Both the position numbers and the translations under genes were made by a program. A stretch of DNA of 64,000 nucleotides, taken from assembly GCF_001194135.2 (NCBI RefSeq), contig NC_068999.1, forward strand, positions 17,824,542 through 17,888,541. Reading direction: 5' to 3'. The notes beneath the pieces are model-generated. The model searched no databases and was not told the DNA's origin. It saw nothing but the letters and a program-made list of their open reading frames with translations. Positions within the stretch are counted from its first letter, which is position 1. Each line of letters opens with the position of its first letter. Positions 22,580 through 34,624 of this stretch are shown here, in pieces. Source of the DNA: Octopus bimaculoides. Its lineage: Eukaryota.

Positions 22580-23030
22580 TGTAGTCAAATGACATAGAAG
22601 AAATGTATGTCGATTACAAAGACAGAGCCAAAAGAATGGCAGAAAACACGTCTGTTTCAGCACGGAAAAACAATTGAACGACCTGCCATGAGATCTAGTG
22701 ACAAGCTGTGAACGAAAAACGACAGCTAGAATAAAAATTTGAACAATTCAAACGATATTGTCAAAGCCGGACAAAACAAAGAACCGAACAAAAAATTCAG
22801 AACAGCAGTCCAATAAGAAAAGAACAAAATAAAGCTAAAAAGATTAAATACATTTCGAATGTGACTTCAATAATAAGAATAATCACAACTTCTGCAAGCC
22901 AATTAATCAAAAGAACGAATGAAGAAAAATATAGTTCTATAGCAAATGAATAAAATATCATGCATGCGGTATAGCATTTCGAAAGAGAACTCAAAACTAA
23001 ATTCCCCCAAAATTCTGCACGCATATCAGA
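22580..23030 (+). mobile_element. Possible highly decayed LINE ORF2 fragment (EN-RT linker region)
   Basis: A-rich, coding-like reading IEEMYVDYKDRAKRMAEN..KIKYISNV..HFERELKTKFP; no diagnostic motif. Confidence 0.3.
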
Positions 23031-24221
23031 ATCCCCGAATGCTTCATCTAGTGCATATTACTCATCAAAAGATAAAAGAAGAAATAGACAAACAAGGAAT
23101 GTAATAAAAATACATGAACGTCAAGTTACTGATCATATCATTGGCGCAGTACGAAACGCGGCAACACATAACGTCAATTTTACACTTAACATCCAACACA
23201 TTATGGAAATAGAAAAATAAAGAAAACGTGAAATTGGATGCTTGTGCTGCTTCAATTAAAAATCAACAAACAACACCCAGATACTTCTCCGGGACTTCTA
23301 AGTTATTGATATCTGGAAATTTAGGCAAGTGATTGATCTGTAATCGTGTGTTAATACTATAACAATGGGGGAGACGCTTAGTAGTCATTCGAAAACACAC
23401 ACACAAAAAAAAAAAAAATTAGCTTAAACACTGAAGTACTCGTTTATCTAAGATAAAATTATATGATGCTCCACAGAATTTTTTCTTGAATTTGCTTGGA
23501 AAACAAGCTCATACTGGTATCAATCAAAATTTTAGTAAAACAAAATTGGCTTAAAGTTTTAAATTCTTTAAAATACGTAGCACACTGAGGAGCTTACAGG
23601 ATGGTAGATACGTTAGTGTGCATCACACCATTATATACCTACTTTCGACTTAGATGTTAGGAACATGAATTTTAATAACGGAAGATACACACTGGCTCGA
23701 AGTTTGCGAGGTGTTGCTTTACGGGCTATAGCACAGATTTCATTGATGAAAGAGGCAGAAAACGTATTTCATAAGGAATGCACTTTGTTCGATAGATTCG
23801 ATTACCTGGTTACTAATGCGAAATAAATGTCTTGCTCGTGTTCTATGAGAAGAATAGTAAATATTTTATTCTTATGTATAACGGCCCCATAGTAAACTAG
23901 TTAAGAACCGAACTCCTCCTATCCGTCAAGAACACGATGAAACGTTGTGTGGCATCATTGAGCAAAAGACTGAACTAATAAAGCGAAAAAGAATGTGCGT
24001 GCGTGTGTGTGGTTCGACTTGAGATCAAGTGATCTAAGTGAGACATGATCGGATCTAATGCAGGCAAATCCTTACGAATCCATCTCAGCACTTCTGCCAC
24101 AATCAACTAAATCGATGAAAATGCCAATGAAGGTAAGAAAAATTCATACGTAGGTGCTTTTTGACAATCCTGCATTTGCTTACGATATTTCGGTGACGTT
24201 TTAAAAATTTCTATATTTTTC

Positions 24222-24618
24222 AGATGACGAATTATGAACATTATTTACAATGGACCGGTGTCCTCATCTTGTTTGTTATTATCACTGCGTTTCGGCTGAT
24301 GTGCTCTCCAGCCTTCATGGGGTTTCTGGTGAAATTTGAAACCTAACCCTTCATTTGACTAATGGGGTACACTGTTCTCATTCCTGAGGCATGCTGCTGA
24401 TGTTAGTTTTCTGTTATTAATTTTCAAGTCCCTGCCTGAGCTTGAACTAATAATCTGAAGGTTAGTAGCCTGTGCTTTTATCCACTACGCTATATGCTTG
24501 TGGGCAATTATAGAGTGTATTTTAGGGCTACTAAACCTCAGATTCTAAGTTCAATCCCAGGCATGGAGTTGAAAAATATTATCAGCAACATGCCTTAGGA
24601 ATGAAAACAAGGTACCCC
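24222..24618. mobile_element. Head-to-head palindromic element: two divergent tRNA-like heads, the left arm ending in a degenerate hammerhead-like fold
   Basis: Arms 24364-24470 and 24526-24618 are reverse complements with one indel. Minus arm has A-box TAGCGTAGTGG and B-box-like AGTTCAAGCTC; plus arm has AGTTCAATCCC. Minus 24288-24322 reads CCCATGA-A-GGCTG-10nt-CAGCC-GAAAC. Confidence 0.7.
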
Positions 24619-25694
24619 GGCTTTTTAAATTTAGCGTTTTTATGTCTCATGAATCAACACGAGAAACTACTCCAGCGGTTTAAACCTACAAGAAAATAAA
24701 GGAATTACACGTGGCCATTTAACCTCCTAAATGTTCATAACATATTAAACAAGTGTTTTTAATTCCATAAGGTAGTGCTAAATGAAGAATGGTTGAAGTA
24801 ATAGCGAATAATCGCTTCAACATCTTTGAAATCTCCTTTCCTGATTTCGTCTTTCATATATGAAAATGTCAGTGCCATAAGCCCATAAAACAACTTGGAC
24901 TCACCCATTAACTGTTGCAAAGAAAGGAAAGTGTACGTTACCTTCTAAAAGACAGCTATTTTGTTTGGTTGATAGATCAGCAGTGGTCACTTTTCTGGAA
25001 TCGTTAAAAGATGTTAATTCCTATTCTTTCGTCAGAAATGTTTATGTAGAATAAAGATAACTGATCTTTTCGATTAAAAAAAATCATATAGGCTAGTTGC
25101 CTTTTAGAAATCAGAGAGAAGAGAGAGAGAGAGAGAGCAATAGATAGAAGGAGAGAGAAGAGAAAGACAGAGAGAAAGAAAAAAAAGAGAGAAAGTGAAT
25201 GTGCATTCGCCTATCTTTTATTAAGACACATAAAGCTTTTGATATATTGCTGCTAATATTATTTCTCTTAACATTTAACACGTTCTTTAAAACTTGTTTC
25301 TTATATTAACTGAGACTGTTGTCATGCCGAAGGCGTATTATACAGTTGAAGCTTAATGTGTGAGCGTGAACATATGTGAATGTGTGAATATAGCAGAGAT
25401 TCGTTTCTATGAACAAAGATATATTAATCATGAAGTTCAATTAATAATCAGTTGTGGCTTCTGTTAAAGACCAAGGTGTTGCGTTGCGCCCTTAAGCATC
25501 GCGTTCCAATTTCTTGTTACTTGACTCCATTCTCTCCAGCTGAAACAGGTGCCAGATATCTCTTAGTACATTTGGCCACATTTTAATCCCGAAATATTTT
25601 GTGAGGCCACAAAGGAGGGCGGGTGTTTATATTTGCTCTTGATTACGTATACAACTAAATGAACTATTGAAATCTTGCGATGGCAGTGATATCT

Positions 25695-25926
25695 TATTTC
25701 TTTATTGCTCCCAAGGGGCTAAACATAGAGGGGACAAACAAGGACAGACAAAGGGATTAAGTCGATCACATCGACTCTAGCGCATAACTGGTACTTAATT
25801 TATAGATTACGAAAGGATGAAAGGCAAAGTCGACCTCGGCGGAATTTGAACTCAGAACGTAACGGCAGACGAAATATCGCTAAGCATTTCGCCCGGCGTA
25901 CTAACGTTTCTGCCAGCTCGCCGCCT
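25695..25926 (-). mobile_element. Family A SINE with a different 3' tail (type 2)
   Basis: Head and central domain as in 1022-1236; tail reads TTTGTCTGTCCTTGTTTGTCCCCTCTATGTTTAGCCCCTTGGGAGCAATAAAGAAATA on minus. Confidence 0.85.
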
Positions 25927-26548
25927 GTGATATCTTTGCTTTACAAGGGTTCGTAAGTTATATTAAAACCTTTCTCAACATTAATATCAATAATGTCAGT
26001 AGATAAAATGGGTTACTGTTTAAAGTTTTACAATATAATGATCGCATATTACGCAATTGTGTAATGAAATGCGTTAAGCTCAAACTCTAAAAGATATTGA
26101 ATTTACCATATGAAATCTACTTGCGATGTTCTGTGTTCACTATTTATCTTTATTTAGTGACGTATATAATCAAATATGGAACAAATGTTCTTCAGAACAG
26201 CCTTATTAAATATAACATAAAACAGTATTATGTCACGCAGAAACTTAATATACAGTCATTCATGTCCCGCAATGCCGCCTATATATTTCCTGTGTTATTG
26301 TTTCTCCAATAATAGTGATTTATCACAAAAGTTAAAGATATCGATTTTAAGGAAATGTTTTTCCATTGAGTTCGTTGGATGTAAGTAAATTTAACTTCGG
26401 TGGAATTTGAACTCAAGACAGAGTGCATGCAATACTTTGTTCATGCAAAGCTTTGTTCATATCTCCAACAATCAACAACAAATACGAGCAATGATTGTAA
26501 TAAAAACATTTTGTAATTAAAATGAATGTTGATGATTGTGATAGTTCT

Positions 26549-26740
26549 AAGGAAGCGAGCTGGGAAAATCGTTTGCATGCCAAGCAATATGCGTAGCGAC
26601 ATTTCGTCCGTCTTTGTGTTCTGAGTTCAAATTCCGCTGAGGTCTACCATTACTTTTATCATTTCAGGGTCGATAAAATAATTCCTAATTGAGAATTGAG
26701 GTCGAGGTAATCGTAATTTCCACCCTCTCTCGAAATTGAT
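26549..26740 (+). mobile_element. Family A SINE, older copy
   Basis: gcgagctgggaaaatcg..ttctgagttcaaattccgctgaggtc..gggtcgataaaata. Confidence 0.75.
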
Positions 26741-27699
26741 GATTATGATGGTTATAAAAATATTGCTTTGCATTTTTAGGTACAAATAACTTACACATTT
26801 AACTACCGACCATTTTTAACACTTACTCCATGAGTAACTGGCAAGCGTTAAAGGAAAATTGACGGTGATGAAGGACCGAGGAGATATTCACGGAAAGAAC
26901 ATTTCTAAGAGCTACAAAATGCAATTTATTCAGTAGTAGTAATAGTAGTAAACAGGTATTCCGAACTTGAAGATACACTCATTACTATCACGAATTTCGT
27001 AAAAATAAACAAATACACACATCTTAATAAAAATCTCAATCAAAATGTTACTAGATGAATTAGAAACATAACTGGCATTTGTCATCTGATATAAAAGATT
27101 TGTTAGGCATCATTTAAAGAAAGTTTTCTCCAATATACAGACACGAGAAAGCTATATTTTTAATTTTACAGAAATGTGGCTGTTGTCCGTGTATAGAAGT
27201 CTTCACTTTCTAGAATACGGATGTCATCCAAGAGAATACAATACTGATACACAATAGTATCACAGTCGTCGCTGGTTTTAAGTTAAAGCGCAGAGAGCTG
27301 ACACCAGTATTGCAAGGCATCCTTCTATCTATTCAACAGATACGACAAACCACCACATCGAATTTGTAATATTATTAGACAACGAATTGAAACAGAAAAA
27401 ACCAAAAAAACTTTTAATTTTGTGGGATTTGAACTCAGCGTCAGATATCGTAACGTATTGTATTCTATCCAACGTGCATATGACCGAACCAATTCCCGTC
27501 TTAAATAATAAAAATAAAAGAATAGAAATTTGAAGCCACAGAAACAATTTATCAATCTGTTATCAAAAGCATTCGGGATACATCGCTTCGAAAAGTGTAT
27601 GCGCTTCTGGCAAGAGAATATGTGATTACAATCGAATACTGAAAGACTTTACAGACATCCATTTTAATAAAACTCTGGATGACACACGAACATCAAAGG

Positions 27700-28370
27700 C
27701 TGTTTTAGCCATAGTGTTTGCGTGGAGAAAGGGGTCTTCCGACTCAATCAAAAATCACAATGGATCAGAAGGTAGAAGGATAAGAAAAATGCAATATCAG
27801 TGCTAACATGATAACTATCATGACTTCACCAAAGGCGATAAAAGATTCAATCAAATGGAAATCATGGAGGATTGTCAGTGTCAGCAATTTCTGGTTGAAG
27901 CACCAAACAGTATTCATTAATCTCTGGAAAGAACATTCAATGAATTAGTAAACAAACCAGAATTCCGTGAACAGTTACAAAGAGAGAAAGAATATTGATT
28001 CCACAAAAAAATATAAACAGCACATAAAACATGAGATACCACTGCAGCTACAGGTCTATAATGTGTTTGCCAACAACATGTCACATTCTCACATTCCTGT
28101 GTCCTGAAGGAATGGCTTCTGGCGGGGAAATCAATTACATTTTACCATAGAAAAACAAAGGAAACAGGTAATGAACGCATGTGGCGTAACTAGGGAATCA
28201 TGCAATTATAAAGAGACAAACATTAAAAAAAAAATTAAACCAGATTGTATGAAGTCATTTGTGAACATACCTTGTGTTATATACAGGAATAACTGTATAT
28301 CAATTAACCAACTCCAAGATTTCACATCAATCTTGCTAAGAAAATACATAGACAAACATATGAATACATC
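27700..28370 (+). mobile_element. R4/Dong-like (RLE-clade) LINE, decayed N-terminal RT fragment
   Basis: KWKSWEIVSVSNFWLK (cf. NWKSPGxDxxxNFWLK), EWLLAGKS (cf. EWLTxGKT), and FTSILLRKYIDKH (cf. YKIFTSILxExIxxH). Confidence 0.55.
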
Positions 28371-29799
28371 ATAACTCAAAGTAGATGATAAAAATCGGCC
28401 AAGTACTCATAAGTAAATAAATCTTGCATGGACTCGCCTTATGTTATTCTTGCCTACGTAGGTTTGATCACGTTAAAAAAACTGTATTACCCACCAATCA
28501 TTAGACTGTGATTGGCAAACTATGTATTAGTAGTTCAAATCCTACCATGGAATAGTTGAATGCTCGGTCGTTCTGTTTCATTTTACTCCCTGGTTCTTGG
28601 TGGGCTTGTTGTAGAATCTGTCCGATTTCAAATATTGAAGTAAGCACACCGAGTTTTTTCACTTACCAAAGAAAGTAGTCAATTGGAGAAATCACTGAAC
28701 ATTGTTCCTGAATTGAACTAGGATATAAAAGTCGGTATATGTCTGCACAAATGGAGCGAAGCTGCTTGAGGAAGATACTTAATTTTTAAAATTGCGAACA
28801 TTACATTTTATCCACTCGCAAAAAAAAAAAATATATATAAGGACTTTAATTAGATACAATACAAAATGAATGACATTAGAAATTACTACGACAGGAATAT
28901 CACAGTAATAAAAAAGAAAATAAATAGTACTAACAAAAGGACAATGTTTATAAATTCATGCCACATCGGTAATAACACGCAGCTTCAACATATTGAATTG
29001 CAAATGAAGAGAATGGAAAAATATAAGTAAGAAAATTGGATAGCTTCGGAGAACATTTCAAAATACACAATCCCAATCATTTTCGAACTTCCAAGTGGCT
29101 GTGCAACCAAACCCCAACCATTTGGTTGTAGCATTCATTGTTTCGATCAGTGAATCCAAAACATTGCCTGCGAAACCTCCGTTCAGGTGATTTCCGTGAG
29201 TCAACGTCTTGGTCATGTGCACGAATCCGTCTCAAGGTTACCCATTTACAGGAGAGAGAACTAGAGAAATGTGAAATAAGGAGATTTGCTGCAGAACAAA
29301 ATGCACAGCTAGTCTAGAAATCGAAACCACGAATCACGCAATCGTAAGTGCAGTACCCTTCTGCTTCTCTTATTAAAATCTACGTGCTTGTATATTTGAG
29401 TGTGGTATTTTTTAGTTCTATGTCATCCCAAACAAATAAAGCCTATGATCTTAAGTTTTCCATCAACGATACGTTTATATGTAGTACTGCATTAACCGTT
29501 CAGGTTTTTTAAGAGAAGGAATATAAAGAAGACAGTCATAAGATAAAGAGAGGGAGTTGATGCAATTAAAAGACAATTAAATGGAACAATATTTGTTCTT
29601 GTAAAATAATTAGTAACAAGCTAATTGATACTAATTAACGTATTTAGAACAATGAACAAAATAAAATCATTTCTCTGCGAACAAAGAAACACGATATTCA
29701 CCGAACGAATTCTTAGATAATAACAAAAAGACAAAGGAATGAGTTTAAAAAATGCAGGAGACAAAATCAAAATGGAATTCCAAAATATACTAAAGACAC

Positions 29800-30420
29800 T
29801 CTTGAGACGAAACAACTCCATGGCCAATATCCTGTAAGACTCAGAATAGAGGAAATAAGTCAGCATGAAATCTAACTTACACTGAGATGCTATGGACTAA
29901 AAGCAGAAACGGATGATCAGATGATAGCAGCACATGATCAATGTCTTGCTACGAATAGAAAAAAAAATATCTGGATAAACAATACAGAGTAACAAGACAC
30001 GAACGTCAAGTGCAAATATTGAAATTAATAGTACAAAACAATTGACCAAATTATTTCTAGCTTTGTTGAACTCTCAAAATATATATGTAGGTACGATTCA
30101 GTCGGCAGCTATGCAGACTAGGCCCAATGCTAACGCGTTGCTCGGCTTGTATCTATATAATAACTGGTATAATTGTGATGAAGTTCAAAATACTTTATAT
30201 TATAAACAATCTATTATAATTGGGAAAAAATGTAAACAACAAAAACTAGACTGATAACCAGACTAGGGCTAACAGCTCAGATATAATTTTTAATAACTTG
30301 ACAACTATCTCTGTAATTTGAGAGAAATCTTATTCTTTGCAGATCAAATTGTCACCTAGAAAAATATCAAGACACCATTATAATACAATGAGACTGAAAT
30401 GGAAATGTGTTTATGAATAA
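29800..30420 (+). mobile_element. R4/Dong-like LINE, C-terminal fragment (pre-zinc-finger and RLE region)
   Basis: KQLHGQYP..GLKAETDDQMIAAHDQCLAT..VKCKY..TIDQIIS..RYDSVG matches the LHGQY / GLKxETEGxIxAAQDQ / CCHC / RHD succession. Confidence 0.7.
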
Positions 30421-30437
30421 AGAAAAAAAAAATCACT

Positions 30438-30478
30438 AGGCGCAGTCGTAGCTCTGTGGTAAGAAGTTTCCTTCCCTC
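30438..30478 (+). mobile_element. Truncated family B SINE head (about 40 bp)
   Basis: ggcgcagtcgtagctctgtggtaagaagtttccttccc compared with gccgcaggagtggctatgtggtaagaagcttg at 49214. Confidence 0.6.
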
Positions 30479-30906
30479 ACTATTGTGTGGACGTGTGTGT
30501 TCTTCTTTGCTGCTAGAGTCACGTCTTCGTATACCAACGTCGTGAATTATTGAAGCACAACTATCAGGTAAGACATTTGATTCCGTGCGGGTTTCTTGCT
30601 TGTATTTATTTAATTTTGTCGAACAAGAAATCTCCACTGAGTTCCTGGCAAATTGTCTCCCTGTGGTTGTGTGTAAAGTCTCACTTAGTGTTTTGGGGAC
30701 GTATCCCTCCTAAAATTGTGCTATATTTTGTGACTGTTTTGTTCCCTTGCCAGGAGGATTACCAAGTTGGCCAGGAGTACCAAGACGGCCAGAAGAATTT
30801 GCTGTGTCTTTTAAAACTGTTTCTCGTCTTCTTCCTTCTTTCCTGTATTTTTGTCTTTTTGAACTCTGAACTTTTGTTTTTTTGTGAAATTTTTCAAATA
30901 AGAAAC

Positions 30907-31420
30907 ATGGCAAAGAAGATAAATAACACTGCGTTGGAGTGGGAGATTGTCCCACTCAAACAGTGGGTGAAAGAATTTGAAGAGAGGACGGTGGTGCTGC
31001 GAACGTACTCCAAGTCGCTCAACGCCATCGCCCTCTTTCAAAAGACTGAAATTGAGAAAGATTTGGCAGAATATTTGCCAACTATTAAATTCATCTCCAA
31101 GGGTATCAAATATGCAAAGCTGTGGTTGCTGTTTGACACCCCTGAGGAAGCTCCCAAATTTACTAGCTAGCCCTTGGAGGGCAAAGAGATTTTGCTTCTT
31201 CCCACGTATTGTGGGAAGGAGTTTACATCAAAAAAACTGTCACTAAGACCAGAGTAGTGTCCTGGAGCAGTTGGTTGTGGAAAAGCTCCCATCCCCCTCC
31301 GGAAGGAGAGATAGAGGTAGGCCAGGAGGGAGAGTCTACCCCCGGAAAAAAAGGGAGCAAAAGGAAGATCGGGGAGGTAGAGTGAGAGGTCTTGGCGCCT
31401 CGATTGATTTAGAACTTTTG
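30907..31420 (+). pseudogene. L1/Tx1-like ORF1 remnant, copy 1 (internally deleted)
   Basis: MAKKINN..WEIVPLKQWVKEFEERTVVLRTYSKSLNAIALFQKTEIEKDLAEYLPTIKFISKG..PLEGKEILLLPTYCGK aligns by eye with copies 2 and 3; in-frame stop at 31168-31170. Confidence 0.65.
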
Positions 31421-31725
31421 GACTAATGTAAGAGGTTTATTATCTCATTGGTGTTTAACAAAAAAAGAAGAAAAAAAACAGTTTACTCGAGGGGCATCGA
31501 TCGGCGGCGTCGTTTGCTTCTGTCATCAATATTCTTATTTTGCTCAGCATTCATTTCATTTGTGTTGTTGTCCAGCCCGCATTTGCTTCTATATTTGTAA
31601 TGCTTTTATGGCAAATTTGATGAAATACAGAAGCTTGCTTCCGCACATGCGTCACACAGACTGCATTTGGTTTGTCGCTTTTGTGCGAGTCGGACGTTTT
31701 TCGTGCTGCTTTGAAGGTAGAGACG

Positions 31726-32190
31726 ATGTACTGAGACTTTAGCGGGTCGGAGTTGTCTTCAGTCGAGGAGGAGCTGGTAAGGGCGGTCATAAAGATGGAC
31801 GGAGTATTGGAGAAGACAAAGAGTTTTGCTGAGGCCTCAGATATGAAGCGAAGGCAGCTGGACTCAGCTGGTTGGAATGAGTATTAACAGATGGTGCAGA
31901 AGGTGGGAGGTGACGTGAGGTTGTCGCCCCTCAAAGAAATTATGGAGCGGATGGAGAGGAAACCGATCACCTATAAGGTGTTCTCGCTAAAAGGAAAACG
32001 GCTGAGTAGGTGGAAGTTGAAACGGAAAAGGCGCTAAGGAAGTGGTTAAAAGAAGTGACGTATATAACCAAAGGAAGGAGATATGGGAAGATGGTCGTTC
32101 AATTTAGGACAGTAGAGGAGGGGACAGCTGGAGAGTTTGGCAAAGACGGTAACGTTGGGGGAAATTGTGCTGAGAGTGTGGGTAGAGTGT
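31726..32190 (+). pseudogene. L1/Tx1-like ORF1 remnant, copy 2 (N-terminal part)
   Basis: SSVEEELVRAVIKMDGVLEKTKSFAEAS..GGDVRLSPLKEIMERMERKPITYKVFSLKG..TEKALRKWLKEVTYITKGRRYGKMVVQF; stops and one frameshift. Confidence 0.65.
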
Positions 32191-32774
32191 AGAATACCAT
32201 GTTGTTTTAATTGTAGCCACATTAGAGCATACTGCCCTCTACAGAGAACAATAGTATAGGAAACAGTTGTGGAGATGGAAAAGATAGGAACAAATGACAG
32301 ACGGAGGAAAAGGAGGAAGAATGGAGATAAGAGAGCGTAGAAGGAAGACAGAAAAAGGAAAGAACACTGAGTAGCACATCGTCATAATATGATTTTCAGA
32401 TATCATTCATGGTGTATTTTAATTTGTTTTTCATCTTTATTGCCATGTGTCATTCATTATATCATATTTTATTTTTATATTTTTAATTGTTATAGGACAT
32501 TTTCAATCCAGATGCAGCACAAATAACGTTATCATTCTTACTTAGCATAAACTCTCCAGTTTTGAGAATATGTGTATTTGGTTTTCTGACTTCAGTACTA
32601 GACGGCTACTTTATTTTAACCAACATAGATGAATAAAAAGCAAAGTTAACCTCGCTAGAATCTGAAGTTTTAATTTATTGTAGGTAAAGTCAGTATATGT
32701 CTGTGCTGAATAAAATTACCCATTGTAAATGGGGAAACGTATAAGGAGCAAACCATCACTACTAGACTAGATAT

Positions 32775-32991
32775 ATTGGTTTCAAAATTCTGCACAAGGC
32801 CAGTAGTTCAGGGAGAGAGGATAAGTTGATTGGATCGATCCCACTACTATACCAATACTTATTATATCGACACCGAAATAATGAATGACAAAGTCGATGT
32901 CGGCAAAATTTGTACTCAAAGCGAAAATAAAGACGAAATTCCGCTAAGCAATTTACCCGGCGGGATAACTCTTCAGTTAGTTCACCGTCTT
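32775..32991 (-). mobile_element. Old family A SINE copy
   Basis: ggtttcaaaattctgcacaaggcc..atatcgacaccgaa..aaagtcgatgtcggcaaaatttgtactca..ccgctaagca. Confidence 0.7.
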
Positions 32992-33264
32992 TTCAGCTGG
33001 GTATATTGAGAAGAATATACACCAAACATTGGTGCATAAAAGAAGAAATGCCATGCTAGCTGTGGGTTTCGGTTTTTATACAATGCTCTTCATAAAATCA
33101 TCAGTTTTACAGCCTAAATCCAGGAATATGTGTGCAAACTATAATTTGAGGAATCTGAACGGTAAACCTAGACATTCAATTTTAAATGCATCAGAACAAT
33201 ATCATGTGATACTCCAATATATCTCTACCTGTCTAAAAGAAAGAAGTTCAGTTATGACGGAATA

Positions 33265-33317
<53 letters not shown>

Positions 33318-34480
33318 CAGCAAATAACAAGAATATTTCCTATTCAAAAAATGACAACGCGTATTCATTATGGTCATACTTAAAACAAATAATTGTTGTT
33401 GTATAGAAACAATTTGAAAAAAGTTTTNNNNNNNNNNAAAAAAAAAACACACTTAGCATACAAGTTGAATGTCTGACATTGGCAACTCATGATATTTGTA
33501 ATTTTATCAAGATCAGCTCAAAACAGGCGGAAAACCAAATGCGCTCCAACAGTGATCTATCGGTTACTTGAAAACACAATGAATCTAGAACTATAGAGCC
33601 CAATTAATCCTTCTACCTTATGAAGGTACGTGTCATGTTACTAACATTGGCTGGTATTTCTGGCATATTGAAAGGCTTTGTAAGTGACACGTTGTAGATT
33701 TATTGGCAATTGTATGTATTCTTAACGGACTTCTATCAATATCTTGAAATCCGCTATTTTTGGAAATCTTCAGTTGCATCATAATCTATCAATGGCCTAT
33801 CGCTGACATTTCATTTATCTGCACCTGTTGCTTTGACACGGCGATTAGTTACACACTAAGCATCACTCATTTATTATATTTTTTTTAAATACTTTTTTCA
33901 CCCTATAAGTTCTTATCTTACTATAAGTCAAATGACGAACCAGTAAATGAAGACTACCTACCTGACATCCGAGAAAAGAAAATTTGGTGGCAGGGGCAAA
34001 ATACGGTTCTTTAATTTCCCATTTTGTTATACAAACCTGGTCTTCAACCAAAATGGATAATGGTAAAATTTGCTTATTAAAAGCAAAGCAATATATTCTC
34101 AATCGTTCAAAATTATGTACATGCGCACACAAAAAAAACTCCTCATCCTCAGTTTTAATCTGAAAGATTGATATGTAATGTTTTGCTTTCGCATTATAAA
34201 AGTGCATTATTTCGCAACACAGAACTATTTCTCATTTTACAGACTTTAAAATGTTTACATTCAAGTGACGTCGGAAATTAAAAAAATTGTTGTCGCTCCG
34301 AGCTCTTATGTAAACGGACGCAAGATTTTCTGTAATTTGCTATGCATTTTAAAGTGGTGTGAAAAGTGTATTTTTCTCTGAGCAAATAGTGAGTTTGTCA
34401 CACTTCTGATGTAATCTACCGTTCTAAGGTTAAAAGATGCCACTACTTTCCTGTAATCCAAAACTTAAACCAGTGAAAGA

Positions 34481-34624
34481 AAAATATATGGGAAATAAAT
34501 TATCGAAAGTGAGGTAGACGTTTCAGAACCACTGTGGAAGCTTGGTGAAGAAAAATATATGGCAAAACACACTATCCAAAGTGAGGCAGATGTTCCAGAA
34601 CCACAGTGGAAGCTTGGAGAAGAA
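34481..34624 (+). repeat. Two-copy tandem duplication, 71-72 bp period
   Basis: atcgaaagtgaggtagacgtttcagaaccactgtggaagcttggtgaagaa versus atccaaagtgaggcagatgttccagaaccacagtggaagcttggagaagaa. Confidence 0.85.

Noticed and set aside
24064-24132. 69 nt open plus-strand segment between CAG and GTAAG (ANPYESISALLPQSTKSMKMPMK)
   Set aside because: No polypyrimidine tract, no homology, opposite strand to the only gene.
24400-24560. Functional tRNA gene
   Set aside because: A and B boxes are present, but acceptor and T stems are broken; these are SINE-type heads.
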